This document shows positions 24,191 to 37,329 of a stretch of DNA of 64,000 bases, in pieces. The DNA is from Camelus dromedarius. Taxonomy: Eukaryota. A program made the translations under genes and the position numbers. Numbering within the stretch: position 1 is the stretch's first letter; each line of letters opens with the position of its first letter. The stretch covers positions 49,788,001 to 49,852,000 of the forward strand of contig NC_087437.1 in assembly GCF_036321535.1 (NCBI RefSeq), read 5' to 3'. The notes below the pieces were generated by a model that worked only from the letters and a program-made list of their open reading frames with translations, made no database searches and was not told where the DNA came from.

Positions 24191-25791
24191 GCTCACTCTA
24201 TGTCTTAATAGTTTGAGACTTGTCCACTTTCAATTACAAAGCATTTAGACAATGTTTTTGTTTAGGTTGCCACTTTATTTTTTTCACTCATGTAAACATA
24301 CAGAGGGACATAGGTAACATATATATGTTATAAAATCTATGAAACATGTGACCCAACCATCCAAGTTAAAGGATGAAAACATTACCAATATTATTACATC
24401 ATTTCTGAGAGCTCTTTAAATTGAAATAAGTATCAACACTTACTATAACATTTTCTCTTCATTTTTTTTTTTTTTACTAAATTCTTACTTCTCAGAATTA
24501 CGGATAATGGTTTTAATATAGTATTTGTGAGAAAGGTAAAAGAAGTGGCAGGAAGGGTGGAAAACCTGGGTGTAGGGTAGAGGAATTTAAGGAGGGAGGC
24601 TGTTGCTTTTCCACAAGGTTAACATTTAAATATGCCCTGAGTACCATTTACTGGGTTTTCAGGCTGAATTCCATTGTCTATGTGGGAAACATTTTTGCTC
24701 TATGGTTTCATAAAATATAATGAAATTGCATTTTATTAGCACTTTGTAAATTTAAGTGCACTGGGGAAAATTGCCTTCTTTAGCATTACTGAGTTACCTG
24801 AAAGACACAATGTTAGAAACTAATATTTTTACAGAAGACTGACATTAATGATGGGTTATACTTCCCTTAAGAGCTTAATAATCTCTGATGAGTAAAAAAT
24901 TCTCTTCTGAAGAGGACATAGGAGAACATTTTAGAAAGTAAACAACAGTTGACAGAAGGCTCTTTCTCTGTCTAGTAACCCAAAATGACCATCATAATCA
25001 CCAATTAATGCCTCTGCAAGTATCTGTCACAGAGGAGTTCCAGGTAATGTCATGGACTTGCTATGCTCAAAGAAAACAATGGTACGCAAACCAGGCTTCT
25101 CATGTAAGGTCAACAAATGCCCAAGTAAAAAACAGGAAGTGGAAAAAAAAAGCTGAAGTAAAAAACATGAACGTTGGGAAGGAGCTTATAACTTATTTAA
25201 TTTTAATGTTAAAAAATGAAGAGAAACGTTAGTTTTGAGCTATGAGGCATGTGTTTCCTAGTTGGTTACCTATTGTGGCCCCTAATTAAAATTTTTATAT
25301 TTTACAAATGTCCTCTTGCTGACTTCCTTTAAAAGTTTCCTGAAAAGGTCTTTTGGTTTTTTTGTTTTTTTTTTTTTATGTTCTGTTTTCTATAATTCCA
25401 ACACTTTACAAATAGCCATAAGGTCCTCATTCTTAAACAGTAAGCTTAGGGACGATGAAAGCGATGTGTTCTGTGTGGTCGTGTAGATGACAGTGTCCCG
25501 TGCTGGGCAGCAGTAACAATCAGAAGCAGAAGTGATTCCCGGTGGAAATCAGTGCTCTCAGAAGGGGTTTTGGAGCTTCGTACTGATGGGGGCACTATTT
25601 GTGTTTCTTATCTTTAGCATTAGTCATTTTATTGTTTTTACAAGAAGTTGTAGCTATAAAAGGAGATGCTGTTAGAGAAAGCTCTTAGCAGCGGATAGAG
25701 GAATCTTTTTGCTTTCAGTTTATCTTAGAAATCTGTCAGGTACTGCCTCTCCCGGCCATCGCCTTGCACCCCCACTCCCATCATTCACACA

Positions 25792-25846
<55 letters not shown>
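25792..25846. repeat. Compound (CT)10(CA)17 microsatellite
   Basis: Perfect CT run joined to a perfect CA run. Confidence 0.95.
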
Positions 25847-25850
<4 letters not shown>

Positions 25851-26027
25851 GCACTTGCACTGGTGCATCTCTAGTCTGGCCTGTGCTGCCTGGGGGTTTC
25901 TGGGGCAGCTGTGATATCCTGAAGGGTGTGTGAAATTGAAGACAAACATTTTCACTAGGAGTTTACAGCCTTAACAAAGTAAACTGCAAGCCCTCCAGGT
26001 GTCCTTGGTGGTAAGAACAAAGGCCTG

Positions 26028-26218
26028 TGGTGTAGCAAAGAGACCTGGGTTTTGAATTAGAAGGAGCCGCGTCTGTATTCCTACTCCAAGTTCACGAGCT
26101 GGGTGAATTTGGGCAATCACTTTCTCTCTCGATGTCTAGGTTTTACTGTGAGTCAAATTGGGGAGCAGAACAGGTTATCTGAAAGTCTCTATCCAGCTCT
26201 GGGAGTCTATGAGTCTAA
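26028..26218 (+). mobile_element. MIR3 SINE
   Basis: TGGTGTAG..GAGCTGGGTGAATTTGGGCAATCACTT..TCCAGCTCTGGGAGTCTATGAGTCTA (MIR3 tail). Confidence 0.7.
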
Positions 26219-27129
26219 CATTTGCATTGCCTTTTCTACTTTATTCGTTACTTTCCCATAATTTGAAAAAATCTTAAATGTCTAGAAACCAAAGAATGAA
26301 ATGACATTTCAGTCATAATTGATTTGGGTGATTTTTTTCTCCTTATTTTAAAAAATAAACGTTGCCTTTAAAATCAAACAACAAAAATAAGACAGAAGTG
26401 GCCTTTAGACGTCTCTTTCAAGAAGCCAAAAGGTGGTGGTGGTATTTTGGTGCCGCTTTAGAGCAAAGGAATTCTTATTTCCTTATTCCTCTAAGGTAAT
26501 TTAGTTTTCAAATATTTCATAAAAATTCATCCTAAACCATTAGAGATTTTAATATATGGATCATTATGAATTATGAAATTTTGTATCATGCATTTTAGTT
26601 TACAAAACCAAGTTTACATGTGCAATCACACTTTCTTACCCAGCCCTGATCCCATTCTGTTGGAAAGATGAGGGAGGTACTAACGGCTCCATCTGACTGG
26701 CAAGGAAGTGCGACTTAGAGAGGCTGGGATTTGGCTGAGGCTGCACAGAGACCTCCAGAGCCATGACTTGAACATAGACACCTCCTAGTGTGGGGTCTCA
26801 CGTAAATGTTTATGTGATTAAACTAAAATTACTTACTTCAAGGCTGCTACATACATCAAGTGACATTTCACCTGGATCAAGTCAAGAAATTTATTTCATT
26901 TCTAGTTTGAAGCTTAGATTGCTGGAATCCATGAAATGGGTTAATAACTGGCTAGGGTTTAAGTTGAAAGATTGGTATATCAATTCAAAGATTGGGAAAG
27001 TCCTTTGATGAATACGATAGAATCCAAGAAATAACTCATAGGGGAAAAAAAGGAAAAGGAAAAAGAATAAAGCACATTTCTTCAGAATCTTGGAGCCATT
27101 GTCTCCTGATTGAAGAATTTGGATGCTGG

Positions 27130-27380
27130 ATGTGATGGGGGTGAACGAACTTGGACTTTATTGCTGTGCAGGCCTGGGTTGAATTCTCAGCTCTGCCTCT
27201 TCCTGACTCTTACACATTTGGCAACACATCCCTTCGGAGGCTCTGTTTAGCCATATACTGAAGTGAAATTCGTACGCATGTTTAACTTGCAAGGTTGCTT
27301 GTAAGCTTTAGAAATAATTATACAAAGCACCTGTGATATAGACCTTGACAAACACTTCATAAACTGTGGCTATTGTTAAC
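27130..27380 (+). mobile_element. MIR SINE
   Basis: CAGGCCTGGGTTGAATTCTCAGCTCTGCC..GGTTGCTTGTAAG..AAAGCACCTG..GGCTATTGTTA. Confidence 0.6.
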
Positions 27381-29091
27381 AGGATTCATTTCCTTTCGAA
27401 TTGTTGTCCGGTCTATTTTATGACACATGATACAATTTGATGTAAGAAATCTAGCGTTAAGTGTAGGGGGAATTCAATCAATGGGAGGGCAGCCGAACTA
27501 GGTAATCTATGAGACCCCTTGCAACTCTGAGCTCCTGTTACTGTTATTTTCCAATGTGTTCTACCTATTAGAGATCCTGATTATGGTGGTGAAATAGATA
27601 CTATTGTCTTCTTACGTGGGATCTGTTATCTGAATACATATATGTGCTGCAAACAATTTACAGAATTGAACCTACCCACATGCATAAAGGAAAATGCTGG
27701 TCTTCACCAAAAACAGTGCCAGAAGAGGACCCACCCTGATACCAATGGTAATACTAGTAATAATAACAACAATCATTTCTAAAGCATCTACTGTATTTCA
27801 GGCATTGTAAGCCACGATATGGAAACTTGACTATATCCTCAGGACACCGGAGTTCATGGCCCCGTGATAGTGCCAGGGATGGGTGAGGCACACTGTGCAC
27901 TCTGTGCAGCTGGAGTGCCCAAGAAAGGCTGCAAATCTTTTCTAAATGGCAACAATGTCATGGAAAATATTTTGCAGTTGGTATCATAGGACCAGAATCT
28001 ATCTTTCATGACTGGGGTGACTTTGCACAAGTCACAATCTTTCCTCTGTGTCCTCAAGTATTTTTTTTAAAAAAGGTGAAATAATCTCCCAAGTCTCACG
28101 TTCTATGCCCGGATGTGGTGTTCAGTAATTTTTTACAGTTTGCCTGAACTCTTTGGGTTCTTGTAAGTGTATACAATCCTCTAGTTTCATTAATTCTTTT
28201 TCCTTTTGCCTCCTTAAGTAACATTAATATCTATTGTTTAACCTGAATAAGCTGGAATGTGAATATCTGATTGACTCACAAACATGTTTCCTAATTAAGT
28301 TTTAATTATTAAAATTTAGCTGCAGAATGAATTGCATCCATCTTCTGGTGTTTAACCAGTATTAGAAAATTAAAAAAATTCTACTGAGCAGTGATATTGG
28401 AACAAGTTTTCTTTCTGTCAACTGTACATTAATTTCCTACAAACCCACCTTGTAGTTTTCACAAATTTCAGAGATGAGACGCACAGGAATGAAAGTGAAG
28501 TGGGTGTCAGAGATGCAATTACTATGGAGTTAAAACATCTACATGAGATTTTGAACTCTGGACTCAGTCCTTTCCCTTCTTTCTAAATGACTCCTAAGGA
28601 GAGTGATATAGTAAGGAAAAAAAAATCCAGATATTAGATTGCTATAAGAAAGGTGGAAAAAAACAGTACGAGGCATCAGGGGTAAAAAGAAAAAAAAAAC
28701 ATCTCTATAAATGTGACAGACATAAAAGAAAGTGAAGGAAAGTTAAAAATTACCATAGGGCAGGCAGGACACCTGCTAAAGACCTTACTGCTGCCTGTCA
28801 CAGCTGGAAAGAAAAATGAAAGAGATGCAAACAACTGTCCTGCAAGCACGAAATCATTCTTTTGTCTTTTTTTTTCTTATGAACAATTACAGTATGCAAA
28901 AATGAAGGGGGATCTCAAAGTATTGGGATGAAAATTTTAGCAGGCTCTGCATGTAAATAGCAGAGACATGGAAGTGTGCCTCTTTGAAAACAGGCCGTGT
29001 TTGGGCGCTCCCAGAGCATTGAAGAAAGTGGTAATTAATGCATAGGAACGACTTTGAATGAAGGATGAATAGGGGCATAACAATGGGTAGG

Positions 29092-29184
29092 TTTTCTCTT
29101 TCTTTCCTTTTTTTTCTTTTTCTTTCTTTTCTTCTTCTTCTTCTTTTCTTTCTTTCTTTTCTTTTTTTTTTTTCTTTTTTTTTT
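29092..29184. repeat. 93-nt pure polypyrimidine (T/C) tract
   Basis: Only T and C from 29092 to 29184, a mix of TTTC, TTC and poly-T. Confidence 0.95.
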
Positions 29185-30606
29185 AGGTTAAAGCATTGAA
29201 GAAAGCAAGCTGTTAAAAGATGGCTACTGTGAAGCTACAACTTCAATGTCTGTCTTGTGTGGCTTTCCTTTCGGGGCTGTGGTGGGAGTTTGTTTTGTAT
29301 TGCTCTCCAATCACAATGGAGTTAATTTGCACCAATTTCATTTTTGTGCGTGCTCCTGAATGTTTTCCTTTCTGCTGGATATTTTTTTTTAAATATTATT
29401 TTGGCAGGGCTTGGTCCTTTGATGATCCTTTTGAGCAAATGGTTTGCCCAAAGTTCAGATGGTGCTGGCTCTGTCTTCTTTTTCATTTACAACATCAAGA
29501 GGATTACAGAGAATAACTTTGTTGCCCAACATCAATGATATATCTTCAGGCTACTAGAAAGGTAGTTCTCAGAAAGTGTGTCTTCTAATAGTTTAGAACC
29601 TCCACAGGCTTCAGATAAAACAAGTATTAAATACAGAAAGCTCACAAGGATACCAAGGAAGGTTAAACTCACGCAACCTCCTTCATCTCAAACACCTGAA
29701 ATACATTGGTTTTTTTTTTTTTTTTTGACTTTCGAAGTGTGATCATGTTGAAGACAGCAGTAAGATCTTATATAACAGAAGACAGAAAAAGGCAGAGAAG
29801 GAGTCACGTGGAGATACACAGCACACACATATTAGTGGGAGAACACAAAAACAATCTTGTCAAAGAGCAAATAATTTATAATGAGCCAAAACCAAATATA
29901 CGTATCGATTCAAAAAAAGATGTTATAAATGGGGTGCTCGCAATGTCATTTCTCTCTTAGTGAAACTGCCTGCCATAACCTCAATTTGGTTTTAAGGAAA
30001 TTTTAAGAATTCTCACAGTTTTAACAATTAGGGATGTGCAGAGGAATTCCCAAACAGGCAGACAACTTGAACCTCTCCCCTGGGTTCCAGTAATCATTTC
30101 AGCTGTGGCTGGACATTCGCATGTGGATGACTCACTAGCTCTTTCAAAACCTGTCCTTCTCTGCCCCTTCCCGGTGAACTAGCTTCTCTCATCTTCTGTT
30201 TGCAAATTCTGTGAACAGCTGTGAGGGTCCATGGGAGGGACCGGTATCATGGCTGTGGTAAATAAACATTCCAGAATTTGGCTGCAGGCTTGATGTCAGG
30301 CAATTGTGTTCTTTTTAGTAGAATCAGTTTTATTGACTACATAACTAAATATGATTTGACTTTACAGCTCTATATGGCCTCTCATATAAGTAAATTCAAA
30401 CTCAGTACAATTTCATGGTAAGATTATGAAGGATTTTTGATTGGTTTTTGTATAGACAATATGATCACTTGATATGTACATGTCTGATTTTTCTATCTGT
30501 CTATCTATCAAAGAAACTGGAAAAAAAATGCACCGAATTGTTCATAGTATCTGTCTCTGGCATTAAAAATGGTGCTTGTGTTTCTATTTGTGAAAATATG
30601 AACATG

Positions 30607-31119
30607 GCTATAAAGTTATGAAAAGACATGGAGGAACATTAAATGCATATCACTAAGTGAAAGAAGCTGGTCTGAAAAGGCTACATGCTGTATGGTTCCA
30701 ACCATTGGACATTCTGGAGAAGCCAAAAGTATTGAATCAGGAAAAAGATCACTGGTTGCCAGGGGCTTGGAAAACAGGAGGGAGGTATGAATAAGTGGAG
30801 CACAGGAGATTTTTTAGGGATTGAAACTATTCTGTATGATATTATAGTGATGGACACATGACACTACACATTTGTCAAAACCTGTAGAACTATGCAACAC
30901 AAAGAGAGAACCCTCGTGGAAACTATAAACTTTGGTTAATAATAATAATAAATCTGTATTGGTTCATCAGTCACAACAAATGATCCTTATTAATGCAAGA
31001 TGTTAAGAATAGGGGAAACTGTATGGGGGTAGGGAGGAGCTATAGGGGAACTCTGTAGTATCTGTCTAATTTTATGTAAATCCTAAACTGCTCCAAAGAA
31101 TTGTATTAATTTAAAAAAG
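30607..31119 (+). mobile_element. L1MC-type (L1MC1-like) 3' end
   Basis: GAAAAGACATGGAGGAAC.TTAAATGCATAT.ACTAAGTGAAAGAAGC..TCTGAAAAGGCTACAT..GGTTGCCAGGGG..ACATTTGTCAAAACC..GGGAACTCTGTA..CCTAAACTGCTC. Confidence 0.9.
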
Positions 31120-31440
31120 ATATATTTTATGATAAAAAGAAAAGTATTCTCAGAATAATTTCTAACATTCTTCAGAGCTTAGTTTAAGTGCCCACTCCTC
31201 AAGTTTCTCTTAACTTTCAGGCCCTGTGCTGTCTCCATAGCTGATACCACTCCTATAGCCCATGCACAAGCCACTGCAGTTTTAGGGACAGTGCTCGCCT
31301 GGGGACAGGAGCTGTGCCATGCTCTTTCCCCTTATGTCCAGCAAAGTGTTTGCAAGCAGAGAAGACTACCCGGAAACTTGTAGGCACAGGTGCAGACACA
31401 CACAGGAACAAGCAAAGAAAGGCAAAAATGATCAAAATAT

Positions 31441-31605
31441 GGGGGGAAGGGTATAGCTCAGTGGTAGAGCACATGCCTTGCAAGCACAAGGTCCTGGGTT
31501 CAGTCCCCAGTGCCTCCATTAAAAATAAGTAAATAAAAAAAAATAAGTAAATAAATAAAAACCAATTACCTTCCCCCAAAAATAAAATAATAAATAAAAA
31601 AATTT
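31441..31605 (+). mobile_element. Vic-1-type camelid tRNA-Ala-derived SINE, full length
   Basis: Head GGGTATAGCTCAGTGGTAGAGCACATGC..GGTCCTGGGTTCAGTCCCCAGTGCCTCCA with A box (31454-64) and B-like box (31497-507), then AAATAAAT..CCAATTACCTTCCCCC and an A-rich tail; perfect 17-bp TSD AAAAATGATCAAAATAT at 31424-31440 and 31606-31622. Confidence 0.92.
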
Positions 31606-33149
31606 AAAAATGATCAAAATATCTAACAAAATATATGTGCAATGTACCTTACACGCATTAACTTATTAAGTTTTGAAAATATTAATTTCAGGCTTGGAAA
31701 GAGCTACTAATCTACTGGTGTGGGATTAATGATGATTTAGGCCATTTGAGGGGCAAAAAGCACTCACATAATTCATCTTTCTCCCAGTGTCTCTGGTAGG
31801 TGCTGTCAGTTGAAAGATGTGAGTGCTTTAAAGCTTAGAGAACCATCAGTATCTCCCCAAATATATGGCTCTTTTTTATTAGCATGATCTTGCTATAAGC
31901 CATCAAGAATAGTTTTTTCCCCATTTTCCCCCAAGATATATAATTCAGTGCTTTCAACATGTATAAAAGTAATAAAAAAAATCATTAAAATGATTTGCAA
32001 TATGGCAGTTTAAGAGATTAAAAAGTCTCATCTTTATTCTTTATTTAATCTTTGGATTCCAATGGCATCTTGTAAATACAGTTTGACCCACCCATATCAC
32101 TTCTACAAGTTAGACAGGTAAAGCATCTGAACTTCATAGGAGGGAGTAGCAATGGGAAATAGAACAAAGGAAATAACTTTCTGTTGTGCTTTTTTAAAAA
32201 AAGGATGTAATATGTACCATGGTCCTTAAGTAACCCATTTCCTTTCAAAAAGAAAAGACATGCCATTAAATGTATTACTTCTTTGGTTCCTTCCATCACA
32301 ATTAATGTAGATACTCTTAAACGTATGGTATACAGACTTGGCTGCAAAGCTGGTCCAGCATTTGGACTCTTTTCATTATTTTGCTTCTAGTAGCACTTTA
32401 AGTCTCTGGTGTCTTACCTCCACTGAGACCTGGCATTTCTTTGTGTTGGAGAGGCAATTTAATCCATTTTTACAGTCTGCAAACAGACTTTCAAACAAAA
32501 CCTCAAACTCTTTGAATGTGCCCCAAGGATTCCACCAAACCTATAATCCTCACTCTCTTCTGGGGCTGTGGAGGGTGGTGACAAGAACAGAGCTGGCACC
32601 AACGAGGGAGCCTCATTAGTGTTTGTGATTTTGATTTCTGCTACCATTCTGCTCCGTGGCCAATTTCAAAGTTGAAGCGATAACTATCCTCAGATTTCCT
32701 GCACCCCTGCCCCAGCTTCCCCGAATTCAAGCCACTGGAATGATCTGGAGAAGCATCTCAAGACCATGAAGGAGGCCGGCAAGCACGCCTTTTCTCAAGG
32801 AGTCAGGGGGCCTGATTATAAATAGATGAATGTTCAGCTTCTGCATGTTGACAGTCTGAGGGGAAGGCAGAAAGCCAAACCCGTGACTATCATCATCCGA
32901 AGTTCTACATGGTTCCGCACACTGCTGGGCACTGAAAGGTGAGACAGGTGTGCCAGGCCACTGAGGCAGAGCTTGGACAAAGATGGATTAGGAAGGAGAG
33001 AGAAAAAATGATCTTGGTTGTCCTTTCTCTCTGGGAAACCACATTTGATGCTTGGGGAATAGTACATTCTGAAGGTAGTCTTCTGAAAAAATGGAGACGA
33101 GTGAAGTAGAAGGAATCACAGGCAAACAAGATTTAACAAATGACCGCCA

Positions 33150-33305
33150 GTGATCTATTTAACTCTCACGACCGTCTGGATATTACTATTCCATTTTATA
33201 GATGAGGGAGCTGAGGTTCAGAAAGATCAAGCAGCTTCCATGTTCTACGTTCAAATGGCTCCTGTCTGATCCAGAATGACTGCTCTAAACTGCTACACAG
33301 ACTGA
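33150..33305 (-). mobile_element. MIR SINE
   Basis: CCATTTTATAGATGAGGGAGCTGAGGTTCAGAAAG. Confidence 0.75.
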
Positions 33306-33552
33306 CTTCTGGTGGGAATTCACAGGTACTTGCTGTGATAAGCTCTAAGATGTATTATTTCCCACCTCACCAAAGATCTTGTTCACCCTTCCCTTTCCTT
33401 TTGAATTTGTGATAACTGTTCATTTTAAATGTGGGTAAATTTCTTAAAGTACCTAAAATATAAACATTTAATATTTGTAGGTACACTATAATCCGTTGAG
33501 TTTGTGGGAACAGTCTTTGGAATGCATGTTAGAATTTATGTATTAAGAAATA

Positions 33553-33661
33553 AAGAATATGACAATGAATATATGTATGCATATGCATGACTGGGACATT
33601 GTGTTGTACACCAGAAATTGACACATTGTAATTGACTGTACTTCAATAAAATTTTTTTTTA
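33553..33661 (+). mobile_element. 5'-truncated camelid-type L1 3' end
   Basis: GAATATATGTATGCATATGCATGACTGGGACATTGTGTTGTACACCAGAAATTGACACATTGTAA.TGACT.TACTTCAATAAAA; candidate 8-bp TSD AAGAAATA at 33545-52 and 33662-69. Confidence 0.85.
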
Positions 33662-34599
33662 AAGAAATATGTCTTGGGACAAATGTGTCTTTTTATGAAA
33701 GAAAGTATAACAAAAACATGGCTCAAATAATTCCTTTCAGTCCAACTGAATCTTCTGGTAGAAGTGTTAAACTCTTATTTGTCAAGTGCATAGGCTTGGT
33801 TGGCTAATATTGACTGTTTTTTTTGTTTGTTTGTTTGTTTTTACTGTTGCCACGTCTATCACAGGTATATTACCCAGAAAACCAGAAGTCAGCAAAAAGA
33901 AAAGGGTCCCTAATGTCACGGAGAGAGCAAGGACTTCACACCAGCTCTTTCAATCTCTTGGTTTGAATGTTAATTTCCCTGTTGCTGAGTGTATAATCAG
34001 TTACTCGTCTCTCTGAACTTCACTCAGGCATGTTAATGTGAGAATAGAATGACACCTTTCACCTGCATTCCTATTTATTTTACTTATTTTTAAGCGGAGG
34101 GGTCATCCGAGGGTGTTTAAGTACTGGCACAAAAAATATGTTTTTCACAATCAAGACATGGACACATAACTTTTAGCAGATGTGGTAATATTGGTCTGAA
34201 CCAACATGTTGCTTTTTGTGTGTTAATTTCCACATCTGTGAAATAAGAAGTATTTATGTTGCAGGGATGTGGGGTGAAGAGACTGAAGTGTGAACCATTG
34301 CTTTGCTATCATTCACAATTCAAATCTGAAGAACTCATCCATGCATCCTAAAAGATTCAGATGAACGGAAGTAACTAATGCCAGATTCTAATCTTTTGAA
34401 AAGAGTGAGGCTGGATCTATGTAAGCAGTAGTACATCCATGAAGTAGGCTGTCTAGTCAGCATAAGCCCCAGTAGTTTATGTATCTGTCTGTAAAGCAAT
34501 CATATTAGCCAATTCCTTTTTCAAATTGTAGGTCATTTCACATTTCACATCAGCCCCTTTCAGGAGATTTATGTGTATTTATTTATTTTTGTGTATATA

Positions 34600-34652
34600 T
34601 TCTTTTATTGATGACAGTTTACAATGTTGTGTCAATTTCTGTAGGTGCACAT
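34600..34652 (-). mobile_element. Very short L1 3' end of the same family as 33553-33661
   Basis: TTTTATTGA..CAGTTTACAATGTTGTGTCAATTTCTG is reverse-complementary to part of 33610-33650. Confidence 0.65.
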
Positions 34653-34712
34653 GTAAGGTTTCTTTAAGGCAGAAATATGTTATTGTAATTTTTAGAATTT
34701 TACTTCCTATAT

Positions 34713-34950
34713 AGTAATAATAATCCTAACAGTTAATGAGTGCTTACTAAGTCCCAAGCATTGTTTTAATCATTTGATATGGACTATCCCAATTAGCCTA
34801 CAACCCCATTTTACAGATGGGGCAGCTGAGGCCTGAGGAGGCTACATAATGTGTTTCAGCCTCGTCACCTAAGGTCAAAGAACAACAAAATGGTGGAGCT
34901 GAAGTTTGAATCCAAGCTATCTGAACCCAAGTCAGCACTTCTAGCCGCTT
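34713..34950 (-). mobile_element. MIR SINE
   Basis: TGAGTGCTTACTAAGTCCCAAGCATTGTTTTAA..CCCCATTTTACAGATGGGGCAGCTGAGGC..TGGTGGAGCTG..TTTGAATCCA. Confidence 0.8.
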
Positions 34951-35944
34951 TCATCTCCTTGGAAAGTGCTCAGTAAATACTGACAAACAGATGGATTAAT
35001 GGATATGGTAGTTGGTGTCTAGGACAAGGAGCCTGTTCTTTAAACTCCTTTCCTTTTCTCCTTTTTAAAATTAAAAATTTTTTAATTTTTATTTTATTTT
35101 GATTCTTTTCTCTTGTTGAGGAGGCATTTCCCTTCAGGGAGGCAGGAATGTGACAGCACAACCAGATGGAAAGTTCAGGAATCTAGCAGAAGTACTCATC
35201 AGCTGGCAAGGATTGGGAGCAGGAATGAGTTTTAAATTGGGAAATGCCAGTTCCACTGCTCTGCTCTGTTTCTGCATCATTATTAATTCTTGAGAGAATA
35301 AGCCAGGGGCTGGGCAGGGACCATGTGGAGATGGGGCTACATCTTGTCTTCAGTGATACTGTTCAGACTGTTAGAAATTATCAGGAGTGTAATTATTTTT
35401 ACACTGAAAAACCTTTTAATGACAGCTTCCCATCTAGAACCAGGACATTTTCCCACTTTTTAATAAGAATTTCCAGAAAAAGCTTTGGTTTCCAGAGATT
35501 CCCACAAGAGACTCAACATGTGGAGTCCCCGCTGCCCTTTACTTTTTAGTCACCCATTGTGTCCCTGACTGCCTGGGTCTTGTAGTCTGTCATAATTTAT
35601 ACTTACGACTAAAGGACACAGAATGAAATTACGCCTGTCACATTATGGGAGCAGGGCGATCATTTAAAAGGCTAATGATCTGTGCTTGACACAAGTTCTT
35701 AAAAATACAGAGGACACCCCTAACTGGTGCTTTTCATGTTTCTCTACAAAATTACTTTGGAACATTTAGCCCATGCAACAAGAAAAATTCAACAGGCAGT
35801 TTTCAGACCAGGTTACAAGTGGAAAGACATTTGTCAAGGCTGCTTTCACTGGCAATATACTTTAATGAGATGGCATTGAGAGAAGATGGTTAAAAGAACA
35901 AAGTCAGGTTTGTTGTGAGGCCATCAGTAACCCAAGAAGCCGCA

Positions 35945-35958
35945 CCGCTCGGGGGCAG
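35945..35958 (+). promoter_or_regulatory. CTCF-like motif
   Basis: CCGCTCGGGGGCAG differs at one position from CCGCGNGGNGGCAG; CpGs retained; binding not demonstrated. Confidence 0.4.
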
Positions 35959-37329
35959 AGGCTGCGGAAAGGGTAATTGCAGGGAGTGCCAATCACACAT
36001 ACACGCTACATAGAAACAACTGACCATTGATGGTCCACACCAATGGAGGGGCAGAAGGCAGGGAGGATGGAAAACAGCAGATACTCCAGAATTTCTTTCC
36101 ATTTGCCTTTCGATTGCATTATATGTGTTCCATCATCAGAAGAAAGACGGGGAAGAAAATGGTGGCAGAAGCAAGGCAAATACAGCAAGGGAGATTACAC
36201 GACCAGAACTGAGAAATGAAAAGAAAAGAGGTGAATCCCATTTCATTTTGGTTGAGTTCATGCAAGCCACAGAAATCTGATTTGGTCTAGACATTCTTCC
36301 TGGAAATATCTGAAGGTTTATGAGTTGAGGAAAGAAGATCTGTCAGCCACAAAAATCCGGTGAAAAGTTATCCATGGATTTGGGAGTCAGGGCTGGCTCC
36401 CAGATCTGCTTAAACGTTTACAGTGCCGGCTCTCCAACTTAAGCCAGTACCCTCAAGGTCATGGGAATTACGGACACCACTGCCATGGTCAATGGTAGAC
36501 TTTTCACTTCCTCCCAGAGACCTGGGAAGGACTGCAGTGAAATTCAAAAGTCATATTGCATTACAAGAGAGACTGAGATGAAACATGGGAAGTTCAGGAG
36601 CTAAAAGACAGACAAGCAGGGTGAAGTGACCACCTTTCAGGGAGATGCTATTAGCATGCTTGATTCAAAGGAAGAGAAAACAGAGGGAGAAACTGAAGAA
36701 GTGCTTTTAGCATCACTGGGACTGCAGTCATTAAGTGGCAACTGCTACTGAGGGTAAGCCTCCTCTATATCAATCCACTGAGCACAAAGAGTTGGAAGTT
36801 GTTCCAGTGTTGAGAATACTCCAGAAATAGGACAAAGTTGCAATACTTATTAGGGCTTAAACGGAGATAACGAGGAATAATTTTGATGAGCACAATCATA
36901 CGTGATTGATTTTTTTTTTAAACAAAATCCTCTGATCTTGATTACACACTTTGGTATATAAACCACCTTCCCTTTTTAGAAAACTGAACCCCTCTGAATA
37001 AATTCAGCTCATGTTTCAAATTAAGTTATATGCCAGATTGAATTCAAATTAAACACAAAATAACGCATTTATGTTCTTGCTGCTCAGAGACTGTAACATG
37101 ATTTTGATTGTTGTTTCTCCATCACTTGGTATGGGATCTTTCACCCAGCAGGTGATCAATAAACATGGTGATTTGCTTGATTTAATCGGTGCTTGTGATT
37201 CTTTTCAATATTGATTGTTGAAAGCATGGATTCCACCACTGACCTGGTGTGATAGTGATCTTTTCGTCTGCTACGTCTTATGGACAATTTTCAACTCTTA
37301 TTTTAATTAATTCCACCTAGAATTTTACA

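Noticed and set aside
31444..31518. tRNA-Ala(TGC) gene
   Set aside because: Acceptor and anticodon stems are imperfect, there is no oligo-T terminator, and it is followed by a SINE body and A-rich tail between TSDs, so it is a SINE head
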